A DNA stretch of 64,000 nucleotides from Candidatus Bathyarchaeum sp. (lineage in GTDB: Archaea; Thermoproteota; Bathyarchaeia; Bathyarchaeales; Bathyarchaeaceae), in the NCBI GenBank assembly GCA_026014565.1, contig JAOZIB010000043.1:5854-69853 (forward strand), read 5' to 3'. Positions 54,606 through 63,270 of this stretch are shown here, in pieces. The position numbers and the translations under genes are program-made. The first letter of the stretch is position 1; each line of letters opens with the position of its first letter. A model generated the notes under the pieces. It was not told the DNA's origin. It did no database searches and saw nothing but the letters and a program-made list of their open reading frames with translations.

Positions 54606-55910
54606 ATGTCAGACTCAGGCGAAGAAACATATTCAACGATGTTCGCTTCCTTGAAACATCCTGCCCGCAGAAGAATTCTTCGAATGCTTGCCGAAAAACC
54701 AAAAAATTTCTCAAGAATTCTAGATGAATTAGGAATTTCAAGCTCACATCTTACTTATCATCTGGAAAACCTTGGAGAACTAGTAACCAAACTGGACGAC
54801 GGACGATACCGCCTTTCCAGCTTCGGTAAAGCAGCAGTACTAACAATGAAAGGAGTGGAAGAAGCCCCCGAAGTTCAACCAAAAAGTGTTTTTGCGTTAC
54901 CAAAGCAATGGCAAGTAGTTTTTGGCGCCATGATGATTGTTATTGTGGTTTTGGCAGGTTTTTCTTATGTACAGTTTTCGGCGGTAAATGATTTGTCTGA
55001 GAAACAAGCGCAATTACAAAATGATTTTGACCAGCTATCTAGTGACCATGACCGTTTATTGTCATGGGGAATATCCACTGATAGTGTTATTAACTTTTTA
55101 CAGGACGTAATTCAGCTCGACATGACCAAATATAACGCAGAATTAGAACGACACACAGTTGGTTACCGAGAGGACTTAGGAGGAACAATTGAAGAGCATT
55201 TGACATATCGTCTTACATCCTTTGAAAATGAATTATCAATAGATTTTAGGTTTAGAAACCAGGTCCTGTCTCGTTACTATCTTACGGTAATTGAGGGAAC
55301 TCCCATCTATTCTGTTCCTCAATCCACTAATTTGATTGGTTTTACTCAGGACCTTCTTCAAAGGTATCAAAACTATGCTGGCGGTTCCTATTTAGATGAG
55401 ATGCGAAACATGTTAGCTTCAGTTACTCAAGTAGAAAACACAGAAAAAATTGAAGATGACCTAAAGCTCACCATAACAACTGAAGGAAATGACGCAGAAA
55501 TCAGATGGGCAAAAACAACAAACGGTATAGATTATCAAGCCAAAGGAGTGATTCTTACTTTTGATGATGGAATATTAGAATCACTTACTGACGGTTGGTT
55601 GTTGTTTAATGTGGGTAGCACCGAAGTCAACATTTCAGAGCAAGAAGCAATCCAACTCGCCCTTGAACAAGCAAAGGAATACTCGTGGATAGTAGACAAT
55701 GTGGAAATCACTGATTTTGTTGTAATTGAACAGCCCGTTTCAGTTAATCTGTGGCCCCACATCAGGGATGAACCCTTAGATTTGATTCCTTACTGGTATG
55801 TTGTTTTCCGGTTGGACAAAGTTTATCCAGGAAACGTTAACAGCATCGGAGTTGGGATATGGGCAGATACAGGAAAAGTTAGTGGTTACCAAACGTCATA
55901 CATAGGATAA
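54606..55910 (+). CDS. membrane-tethered ArsR-type wHTH protein with large extracytoplasmic domain
   Basis: N-terminal MFASLKHPARRRILRMLAEKPKNFSRILDELGISSSHLTYHLENL, one TM helix (WQVVFGAMMIVIVVLAGFSYV), then a ~300-aa domain. GGAG SD. Confidence 0.7.
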   Translation: MSDSGEETYSTMFASLKHPARRRILRMLAEKPKNFSRILDELGISSSHLTYHLENLGELVTKLDDGRYRLSSFGKAAVLTMKGVEEAPEVQPKSVFALPKQWQVVFGAMMIVIVVLAGFSYVQFSAVNDLSEKQAQLQNDFDQLSSDHDRLLSWGISTDSVINFLQDVIQLDMTKYNAELERHTVGYREDLGGTIEEHLTYRLTSFENELSIDFRFRNQVLSRYYLTVIEGTPIYSVPQSTNLIGFTQDLLQRYQNYAGGSYLDEMRNMLASVTQVENTEKIEDDLKLTITTEGNDAEIRWAKTTNGIDYQAKGVILTFDDGILESLTDGWLLFNVGSTEVNISEQEAIQLALEQAKEYSWIVDNVEITDFVVIEQPVSVNLWPHIRDEPLDLIPYWYVVFRLDKVYPGNVNSIGVGIWADTGKVSGYQTSYIG

Positions 55911-55941
55911 AACAGGTGTACATTCTGGAGAAACATTCAAT

Positions 55942-56355
55942 TTGGCACGCCCAAAACCCGAAGCAACAAAGATAATCATTGACGCCAACTTCTTTTTCAT
56001 TCCGCTCCAATTTCGGTTAGACATATTTGAAGAACTGACAAACTTGTTGAATAAACGGTATGAACCCATTCTCTTATCTTCAACAAAAATGGAGCTTGAG
56101 GGTCTTGCCCAGTCAAACCCTAAGATTCAAAATCAAGCCTTGTTGGCCCTTAAGTTTGCAGAAAAATGCAGGTTTGTAAGCGTTGAAAAAAGGCCAAATG
56201 AAACTTATGATGATGTCGTAGTTAGAGTGGCTGCAGAATGGAAGTGTCCTGTTGCTACCAATGATAAAGAAATGAAACAGAGACTAAGAGAAAAGGGTGT
56301 TGCAACTATTTTTTTGCGGCAAAAACAACGTTTAGCCATGGAAGGGACGGTATAG
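55942..56355 (+). CDS. PIN-domain protein (Fcf1/Utp24-like, COG1412-type)
   Basis: IIIDANFFF N-terminal acidic motif and VATNDKEMKQRLREKG near the C-terminus. Holds the conserved position before rpo7. TTG start. Confidence 0.75.
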   Translation: MARPKPEATKIIIDANFFFIPLQFRLDIFEELTNLLNKRYEPILLSSTKMELEGLAQSNPKIQNQALLALKFAEKCRFVSVEKRPNETYDDVVVRVAAEWKCPVATNDKEMKQRLREKGVATIFLRQKQRLAMEGTV

Positions 56356-56451
56356 GCTTATAAATGGGTCTGTCTTTTATTTGGAAACGAAAGCTATTCT
56401 ATGAGACTTTCATGTAAATATATCATCAAATTCAAGATTAGGTGAAATTGA

Positions 56452-57048
56452 GTGTTCAAACTAGTAACTGTGGAAGACGCGATTCGTATACCGCCAAACA
56501 AGTTTGGAGAAGACATAAACAACGTCGGTTACGACCAACTGAAAATGAAATATGACGGCATGGTAGACGAAGAATTAGGTTATGTAATAGCAGTCACAAA
56601 AATTAGTGTTAATCCGTGTGGAAAAATCATCCCCGGAGACGGCGCAACATTCCACAAGGTTCAATTTTCTTTGCTTACTTTCTACCCCAAAATCCAAGAA
56701 GTAATCGAGGGAGAAGTAGTAGAAATCGCAGAGTTCGGCGCCTTCGTTCGTATCGGACCTGTAGATGCCCTTTTGCACGTTTCTCAATTAATGGATGATT
56801 ACATCTCTTATGATGAACGCCAAGGAGTACTGATGGGCAAAGAAACCCAAAGAAAACTCCAAACCGGCGACAAAGTGCGTGTTCGCATAACAGCAGTATC
56901 CTTGGGACGAAGTGGGGGTTCAGGAAAAATTGGTGTTACTGCCCGACAGCCCTACCTTGGAAAACTTGAGTGGATTCAACAAGAAATCGCAAAAGAAGAA
57001 GGTACAGTTGAAGAGGCTACAAGCGGGTCAGAACCAGCAGGAGAATAA
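56452..57048 (+). CDS. rpo7: DNA-directed RNA polymerase subunit Rpo7 (E')
   Basis: N-terminal Rpb7-like domain plus an S1 domain (GEVVEIAEFGAFVRIGPVDALLHVSQ). GTG start. Confidence 0.88.
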   Translation: MFKLVTVEDAIRIPPNKFGEDINNVGYDQLKMKYDGMVDEELGYVIAVTKISVNPCGKIIPGDGATFHKVQFSLLTFYPKIQEVIEGEVVEIAEFGAFVRIGPVDALLHVSQLMDDYISYDERQGVLMGKETQRKLQTGDKVRVRITAVSLGRSGGSGKIGVTARQPYLGKLEWIQQEIAKEEGTVEEATSGSEPAGE

Positions 57049-57053
57049 ACGAA

Positions 57054-57239
57054 ATGACAGATAAAGCGTGTAGAATTTGCCATTTCATTTCCAGTGGTTC
57101 TATATGTCCAAATTGTAACGAATCGGATTTGAGTGATGACTTTTCAGGTGTAGTTGTTATCATTGATCCTGAAGGCTCAGCAGTTGCTAAGGCAATGAAG
57201 GTCAAAAAGAAAGGCCATTATGCCCTTCGAGTAAGGTAG
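57054..57239 (+). CDS. spt4: transcription elongation factor Spt4 (RpoE'')
   Basis: 61 aa, CRICHF...CPNC zinc ribbon. Follows rpo7 by 5 nt. Confidence 0.85.
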   Translation: MTDKACRICHFISSGSICPNCNESDLSDDFSGVVVIIDPEGSAVAKAMKVKKKGHYALRVR

Positions 57240-57269
57240 GTCACCATTATACGCATCATAACTGATGAA

Positions 57270-57770
57270 TTGCGTAAAGAACTAAAAGAACCACAGGGGA
57301 TTTTGATTAAAGGTCCCTTTGAGGAAACAATGAACAAACTTAAAGAATATGTAGCAAAAGAAAAACCCTCAACAATTATTTCTGTTGGCGATGTTGTTTC
57401 TCAAAACCTTGTTGAGTCAGGAATTTCTGTAGACATTTTAATTGTAGACAACAAAACTATGCGAAAAGCAATCCAACCCATAACTGCCATTGCTCAGCGG
57501 ACTTTGTATACAAAAAATCCTGCGGGAACCATAACTGATGAAGCGTGGGATACAATCAAAGAAGCGTTACGACTCAAGGCAAAAACCAAGATAATTGTTG
57601 AAGGCGAAGAGGATTTGCTTACGTTGGTTACTGTTTTGTCCGCGCCCGAGGATACTTTTGTTATTTATGGACAGCCCAAAGTTGGGATTGTTTTGGTTAA
57701 AGTTAATGACGGAAGTAGGAAAAATATGCGTCGTATTGTTGATTTGATGCCTAATTCTTCGAAAAGCTAA
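57270..57770 (+). CDS. DUF359 protein (archaeal GTP-dependent dephospho-CoA kinase family)
   Basis: VGDVVSQN, IVDNKTMR and EGEEDLLTL motifs, in the conserved position after spt4. TTG start. Confidence 0.75.
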   Translation: MRKELKEPQGILIKGPFEETMNKLKEYVAKEKPSTIISVGDVVSQNLVESGISVDILIVDNKTMRKAIQPITAIAQRTLYTKNPAGTITDEAWDTIKEALRLKAKTKIIVEGEEDLLTLVTVLSAPEDTFVIYGQPKVGIVLVKVNDGSRKNMRRIVDLMPNSSKS

Positions 57771-57816
57771 AGTACGGGAGTTGTGTCAATTCATCAACAA
57801 CTACGGAAGTGTAGCA

Positions 57817-58161
57817 ATGAAGATTGATATCACCTCTAAACAGCAAAATAATCTGATGAAAAGGCAAGAAGTGGCATTTTGTGTTGACCACTCGGATATT
57901 GGTGGCACTCCAGCACGTGCTGAAGTAAGTAAGCAACTTGCATCATTATTGAAAGCAAAACGTGAATTAGTATACATTACAAACATGCAAACCAAAACAG
58001 GAACAATGACCACAATTGGATGTGCAAATGTTTACGATTCAGTTGAACAAGCCAAAAGTCTGGAACCAAAACACATAATTGCCCGAAATGCAGTTCCAGA
58101 AAAAGCTGAAGAACCAGCTAAAGAAGAATCAGCCCCTGAAGAATCTCAGGAGGAAGAATAA
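57817..58161 (+). CDS. rps24e: 30S ribosomal protein S24e
   Basis: MKIDITSKQQNNLMKRQEVAF... and an acidic C-terminal tail. ATG at 57817 preferred over the TTG at 57781. Confidence 0.88.
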   Translation: MKIDITSKQQNNLMKRQEVAFCVDHSDIGGTPARAEVSKQLASLLKAKRELVYITNMQTKTGTMTTIGCANVYDSVEQAKSLEPKHIIARNAVPEKAEEPAKEESAPEESQEEE

Positions 58162-58163
58162 TC

Positions 58164-58361
58164 ATGCCCAAAAAAGATGCAAAACAAAAGTCTCAAAAGC
58201 CTGAAAAGAAAAGCCATGAATTCTACAAAATTGAAGGCCAAGAAGTTAAACGCCTACGCCCCAGCTGTGAACGCTGTGGACCCGGATATTTCATGGCAGA
58301 TCATGGCAACCGTTACACATGCGGTGCTTGTGGCTTAACAAGATACAAACAACAGTCATAA
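58164..58361 (+). CDS. rps27ae: 30S ribosomal protein S27ae
   Basis: CERCGPGYFMADHGNRYTCGACG zinc ribbon. Begins 2 nt after the rps24e stop. Confidence 0.9.
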   Translation: MPKKDAKQKSQKPEKKSHEFYKIEGQEVKRLRPSCERCGPGYFMADHGNRYTCGACGLTRYKQQS

Positions 58362-58390
58362 ATCCCAATTTTATGGGTTGATGGGTTAAA

Positions 58391-58813
58391 ATGGTTAATG
58401 TCCGAGTTTTTTTAAAAAATATTTCGGCAGAAAATTACTGGGAAATCGGTAGACCCATCCCACCAGTAAAAATCGCCACCAACCTCAACGTTGTTGGAGT
58501 CAACAAAAAAAGTGACGAACTACTTGAAGTTCCTTTTGTATTCACAATAAACTACAACCCAGCAGTAGCCCACATAACCTTCAAAGGAACAAGCCAGGTT
58601 TCAGGCAACCCGGAAGAACTTGAACAAATCATCAAAAACCACAAAGACAAAAAACCTCCCTCACCAGTTGTTCTTCAGTCAATATCTAACATCGTCTTTT
58701 TAGAGTCAGTAATTTTGTGTAGAACTCTAAATATTCCACCACCAATTCCGCTTCCAAAAATTGGTGCTCCCGGCCCACAAAAGAAACGGGCTGAACCTAC
58801 ATACAGAGCATAA
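58391..58813 (+). CDS. hypothetical protein, SecB-like by eye
   Basis: 140 aa. VRVFLKNISAE..., EVPFVFTINYNPAVAHITFKGTSQVSG and NIVFLESVILCRTLNIPPPIPLP parallel the E. coli SecB segments IQRIYTKDISFE, YEVVLRVTV...GGIFSIAG and [27 protein letters not shown] (SecB recalled from memory). Confidence 0.45.
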   Translation: MVNVRVFLKNISAENYWEIGRPIPPVKIATNLNVVGVNKKSDELLEVPFVFTINYNPAVAHITFKGTSQVSGNPEELEQIIKNHKDKKPPSPVVLQSISNIVFLESVILCRTLNIPPPIPLPKIGAPGPQKKRAEPTYRA

Positions 58814-58918
58814 ACTAAGCTCATTTTTTTGAAAAAAAATATTGACCCAGACACTGTGGGTCAGGTTTTTCGAATAAAAAAGAAAAATAAAAGAAATTAT
58901 TGGGTATGAGCCAAACTC

Positions 58919-59326
58919 TTACTTGAGCGGCACATACATTGATGACCGGGACGCACCGATACCTGGTTGACCGTGTCGCACAGGTTTGTTGGTTATGGCA
59001 AATTCGCCTAGGTAACATCCCATCATTTCGGGGGTGATGTCAACGGGTATGAATTCTTTTCCGTTGTGAATCAACAAGGTAGCACCCACCATTTCAGGGA
59101 GCACTATCATGTCACGAGCGTGAGTTTTAACAGACGCTTTTGCGTCACCTTTTTGATTAAGTTTGGCAACTCGGATGTTTTCTAGAAGCGTCCTTTGTGT
59201 TTGACTAAGCCCACGTTGCAGACTTCGGCGTTGCCGGGAAGGAAGCAACTTTATGAATTCGTCCATGGACATGCGTTGCAGTTCCTCTATTGAATGACCG
59301 CGATACATGAATATTTTCTTCGGCAT
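58919..59326 (-). CDS. rps19: 30S ribosomal protein uS19 (S19p/S15e)
   Basis: [33 protein letters not shown] ... HNGKEF.PV.I.PEM.G.YLGEFA.T.KPV.HG.PGIGA. Confidence 0.9.
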   Translation of the reverse strand: MPKKIFMYRGHSIEELQRMSMDEFIKLLPSRQRRSLQRGLSQTQRTLLENIRVAKLNQKGDAKASVKTHARDMIVLPEMVGATLLIHNGKEFIPVDITPEMMGCYLGEFAITNKPVRHGQPGIGASRSSMYVPLK

Positions 59327-59329
59327 ATT

Positions 59330-59356
59330 TTACGCACTCACCCCCTTTTTGCGTAA
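59330..59356 (-). promoter_or_regulatory. hairpin presenting the uS19 Shine-Dalgarno sequence in its loop
   Basis: Minus strand reads TTACGCA-AAAAGGGGGTGAG-TGCGTAA-AAT-ATG, with 7-bp perfect arms. Confidence 0.3.
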
Positions 59357-59479
59357 CTGGATTTATTAAACATTTCTAAGAAGCAACACTAAACAGCAGT
59401 TCCTTAGGCGCACAAACATATAGGGATACTAATAGGAATTCTATGATGTAAACAACCTTTTTACAGAAAAATAAAACCC

Positions 59480-60418
59480 CTAAAAAAACACCTGTTTGCT
59501 TTTCGGTTTTGGGGGATCAGAAACAACCCACGAACCATCACAAACCTCAGAATTTAAGTTAAAGTTTTCTCGACAACAGCCAAACTTCAAACCTTGTCTC
59601 TCCACCAAATCTTTTGCTTGTTTCATCAAACTGAAACGAAAAGGTTCAGGCAAATAGGTTGAACCCGAAATTCGCTCGCCATTACTGAAATAATGCGGTT
59701 TTAGTTTTTTTGTCACATCAGGAAAAACTGCACTAAAACGTTTCCAATTGTCAGGTTTAACCTTATAAGTTGAACACGTAACGTGGGAAACATCTAATTC
59801 TGCAACTGCTTTTGCAATTGAACTTAAATCGTCATTAAGAAAGGGGATAATTGGATCGATCCTAACGGTAGTTGAAATGTTACGGTCAACAAGTTTTTTT
59901 ATTGCAGATAATCGCTTTGATGAGACCGGAGCCCCAGGTTCAAGCTTTTTACAAAGTGAATCATCCAAAGTTAAAATAGTTACAGAAACCACACAAGGAA
60001 TTGTTTGTAGAATGTCGATGTCTCGCGTTACAAGGTCAGATTTTGTGATTATCTGAAGCTTGCAATTGTTGTTGGCCAATATTTGTAGACATTTACGGGT
60101 CAAACCAAGTTTTTGTTCAAGCCGAGGGTAAGGATCAGAAGAGTTAGACATAGAAACCAACTGTCCATCGAGCATGGCGGCTTCTCGGTTTAGTCGGGTT
60201 AATAAGTTCTTTTTTGGTCGACATTCATGAAAATGCGGGATATACGAAGATGCATAACAATACAAACAGCCATGATCACATCCAGTGTAAGGATTAAAAG
60301 TTAATTTAGGTGGACACGTGCACATTGGAGATTTCCAGGGGTCAAAGGCAGTTAGCAACATGATATCTGACCCAACAAAACAGTTAGGGAATAAGAAGCT
60401 TATTTGAGATTCGTCCAC
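59480..60418 (-). CDS. radical SAM protein (SplB/COG1533-like 'DNA repair photolyase' family)
   Basis: NPYTGCDHGCLYCYASSY radical SAM cluster motif. The start could instead be MLLTAFDPW (60358). Confidence 0.7.
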   Translation of the reverse strand: MDESQISFLFPNCFVGSDIMLLTAFDPWKSPMCTCPPKLTFNPYTGCDHGCLYCYASSYIPHFHECRPKKNLLTRLNREAAMLDGQLVSMSNSSDPYPRLEQKLGLTRKCLQILANNNCKLQIITKSDLVTRDIDILQTIPCVVSVTILTLDDSLCKKLEPGAPVSSKRLSAIKKLVDRNISTTVRIDPIIPFLNDDLSSIAKAVAELDVSHVTCSTYKVKPDNWKRFSAVFPDVTKKLKPHYFSNGERISGSTYLPEPFRFSLMKQAKDLVERQGLKFGCCRENFNLNSEVCDGSWVVSDPPKPKSKQVFF

Positions 60419-60436
60419 AGAATTAAAATGAAAAAA

Positions 60437-61531
60437 TTAGGCTACACCAATGGTGTTGCCTACACCAACGATCATTATTTTGTCGCCTACTTTTGTTCGT
60501 TCGCTGATAAGGCGCTTGATTCGTTTAATTACTTCATCAACAGAACCTCTTACAGCATCAGTCATTGGAGCCAAAGCCTCTTTCAAAGATTGACGAACAA
60601 CAATAGCAAACAATGGAATCTTGTGTTTAGTTGCAATTTCTTCAATTTTGAATTGCTCAATCCCTACTCCGCCAATGGCAGCTCCGACGCCTTCCATAAC
60701 TGTGCCAGATGTTTCGCCTTCCAGTTTAAGTCCAGCGTCAACCATAACAATCATTGAAAACTGTTCTTTTTGTTCTTCGACAAGCTTGCTTACGGCGTCT
60801 CCTGCTTTTCCACAAGTTCCTCCAGGTCCTTGAGCACGGGTAACAATTATTTTTCGGTCATCCAAGGTTATCTCTGCTGCTATGGTTTCTTCTGCAACAG
60901 AATGAACAGGGGTATCAGCAATTAATGTAGAAGCAACCAAAGGACCGATTCCATCGCCAATGGGGTTTTCATTTTTGAAAGCATCAATAAAGGAGAAGTA
61001 GGCTTCGGCTTCTTCCATTATCATGGGCAGCTCCATTTGGATTTGGGTCATAGTATAGATGCTTCCGCCCTTTTTTCCTGTTAGATAGTGGTGACGGACG
61101 GTTCGATACAAGGAATTCAAACCATGGGCAGTTTCTACAAGGTTTCCCAAGTTCTGTAACTGTTTTTCGTCTGCAGAAGGAGCTAACAACTTGATTTCGT
61201 CTTTAAACCGGTTATCAGCAGAATTAACTAGATGTTCTAGTCTTTGGACTATTCCTTTTGGGTCCATTTTATTTGGAGAGATCGAAAAGAACTGAAGCAG
61301 GGAGTCTAACCTCGACTTTGGGTCAATCTCAGGTTTTCCTAGCTTGTTAATTGCGGAAATGGCTTCTTCTTTGGCTTTGTCGCGCATTTTTTCTAGCTTA
61401 TTTAATGATTTGGATATTTTGCCAAGGGCGATGTTTACTTGTAGTTTTTGAGAGAAAAATGAAAAACCAAAAATGAACACCAAGTAAACAATGTTGAAAA
61501 TGTAACTCAAAATGTTAGTATCGAAATCCAT
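60437..61531 (-). CDS. archaeal DUF1512-like membrane-anchored protein
   Basis: N-terminal TM helix, long helical region, C-terminal alpha/beta domain with GPGGTCGKAGD. Family name recalled from memory. Confidence 0.5.
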   Translation of the reverse strand: MDFDTNILSYIFNIVYLVFIFGFSFFSQKLQVNIALGKISKSLNKLEKMRDKAKEEAISAINKLGKPEIDPKSRLDSLLQFFSISPNKMDPKGIVQRLEHLVNSADNRFKDEIKLLAPSADEKQLQNLGNLVETAHGLNSLYRTVRHHYLTGKKGGSIYTMTQIQMELPMIMEEAEAYFSFIDAFKNENPIGDGIGPLVASTLIADTPVHSVAEETIAAEITLDDRKIIVTRAQGPGGTCGKAGDAVSKLVEEQKEQFSMIVMVDAGLKLEGETSGTVMEGVGAAIGGVGIEQFKIEEIATKHKIPLFAIVVRQSLKEALAPMTDAVRGSVDEVIKRIKRLISERTKVGDKIMIVGVGNTIGVA

Positions 61532-61536
61532 GATGG

Positions 61537-62154
61537 TTAGGTCTCCTCTTTTGTTTTTTGCCGTTCATTTGGAGTGCATCCCTTATGATTAATGTTCTGT
61601 TTTTCTTTACTAAAAGCAGCTAGGCGTTTATCCACAGTCTTCAACTCTTCTTGCAACTGTTTAATCATGCTTTGAATGTGCTTTCGTTTCAATTCAAGAG
61701 CTTCAGTTCTGCTTTTTGACTCTTTCTCAAGAAACGGAGAAAAAAAGTTTGGAAACGCTGGAATAGACAATCCACTAGGCTCAAAATCAAATACACTTCG
61801 AACATATTCTTCAAGAAGACTGTTCATGCTCTCTGCAATACGACTGTGCTTCAAAAGAGCCCGGTCAAGTATCCGTTTACCATCTTCAGTTATGTAATAA
61901 ATTTTCCTTTTCCTTTTCTGATGACCCCATTCACCTTTTATGTATCCTGCTTGTTCCAAATGTTGAAGTAGAGGGTAAACGCCTCCAGCAGTAGGTTTCC
62001 AAAAACCTTCTGTGCGGTCTTCGACTTCTTTCATTAGTTCATAACCGTGATACGGTTTTTTACTTAACAGTAACAGAAAGGCAATGCGCATGTAACCTTT
62101 TTGAGATTCTTTGGTCCATTTTGAAGCTGTTTGTTCGTCTAGGCCATGATGCAT
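61537..62154 (-). CDS. PadR-family transcriptional regulator with long helical C-terminal extension
   Basis: PYHGYELMKEVEDRT...GGVYPLLQHLEQAGYIKGEW...RKIYYITEDGKRIL. Confidence 0.8.
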   Translation of the reverse strand: MHHGLDEQTASKWTKESQKGYMRIAFLLLLSKKPYHGYELMKEVEDRTEGFWKPTAGGVYPLLQHLEQAGYIKGEWGHQKRKRKIYYITEDGKRILDRALLKHSRIAESMNSLLEEYVRSVFDFEPSGLSIPAFPNFFSPFLEKESKSRTEALELKRKHIQSMIKQLQEELKTVDKRLAAFSKEKQNINHKGCTPNERQKTKEET

Positions 62155-62197
62155 TTTTATTCAAGACTCTTATGTAAAAGTAATATTTATATTTTGG

Positions 62198-62211
62198 TGC
62201 AATATATTGCA
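62198..62211. promoter_or_regulatory. perfect 14-bp palindrome TGCAATA|TATTGCA in the padR / ABC divergent intergenic region
   Basis: Read directly from the sequence. Lies 44 nt from the padR start and 29 nt from the ABC ATPase start. Confidence 0.45.
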
Positions 62212-62239
62212 ACTAAATATATTAGCAGGTGTTTAACCA

Positions 62240-63265
62240 ATGGAAAACAACATAATAATAGAAGTGAATAACCTCACAAAGAAGTTCAATGACTTCACCG
62301 CAGTAGACCACATATCATTTGATGTAAAAAAAAGCGAAATATTTGGTTTACTAGGACCAAACGGTGCTGGAAAAAGCACAACAATAAGAATGCTAACCAC
62401 GCTAGCTCGCCCCACTGAAGGCACAGCTAAAATTGGCGGATACGACATAGTAAAACAAGACAGCAAAGTCAGGCAACAGATTGGTCTTGTTTCGGAAAAA
62501 ATGATAATGTACGACCGTCTAACCGCCAAAGAAAACCTGAGGTTTTTTGGAAAACTCTACAACATGCCAAAAGACATGCTAGAAGCTAAAATTGATGAAC
62601 TGTTAGAAATGCTTCAGTTAAGTAAATGGAAAAACACGAAAGTTGGCACATTCTCCACAGGCATGAGACAAAGAATGAATGTAATACGAGCTTTACTAAA
62701 CACGCCCAAAGTGCTGTTTCTTGACGAACCTACACTGGGACTGGACCCTCATTCTACAGTTGAAATCAGAGAATTTATAAAAAAACTCAACGTTGAACAC
62801 AAAACTACAATCATTCTCACTACTCACATGATGAACGAAGCAGACATCCTCTGTGACCGAATCGGCATTATAGACCAAGGCAAAATTGTTGCCCTTGACA
62901 CTTCAACAAATCTTAAAAAAATGATTTCAGGCAACGATGCGACAATTCTGAAGCTTGAGATTCCAAACATTACCACTAAATTGCTTAGTAAAATACAGTC
63001 CATTGAATGTGTTAATACAGTCTCCCAAGAAAACAATTCACATATCAAAGTTCACGCAACAGGAGACAGCGCCTTTGACAAGATAATTGACACTGTACGA
63101 AAAGAAAATGCGAAAATAAATTCCATGGAAAAACTGCAACCCACCCTTGAGGATGTCTTTTTGCACATAACTGGTCGTAAAGTCAGAGACGAAGCAACAA
63201 ACAAAATACCAATGAAACACGGTCCTAGATCAAGACGGCTTAGACCTAAACAGAGAGGCAGATGA
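62240..63265 (+). CDS. ABC transporter ATP-binding protein (ABC-2 exporter type)
   Basis: Walker A GPNGAGKST, signature FSTGMRQRMN, Walker B LFLDEPTLGLD, H-loop TTHMMNEA. Paralog of the gene at the window start. Confidence 0.9.
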   Translation: MENNIIIEVNNLTKKFNDFTAVDHISFDVKKSEIFGLLGPNGAGKSTTIRMLTTLARPTEGTAKIGGYDIVKQDSKVRQQIGLVSEKMIMYDRLTAKENLRFFGKLYNMPKDMLEAKIDELLEMLQLSKWKNTKVGTFSTGMRQRMNVIRALLNTPKVLFLDEPTLGLDPHSTVEIREFIKKLNVEHKTTIILTTHMMNEADILCDRIGIIDQGKIVALDTSTNLKKMISGNDATILKLEIPNITTKLLSKIQSIECVNTVSQENNSHIKVHATGDSAFDKIIDTVRKENAKINSMEKLQPTLEDVFLHITGRKVRDEATNKIPMKHGPRSRRLRPKQRGR

Positions 63266-63270
63266 TAAAA

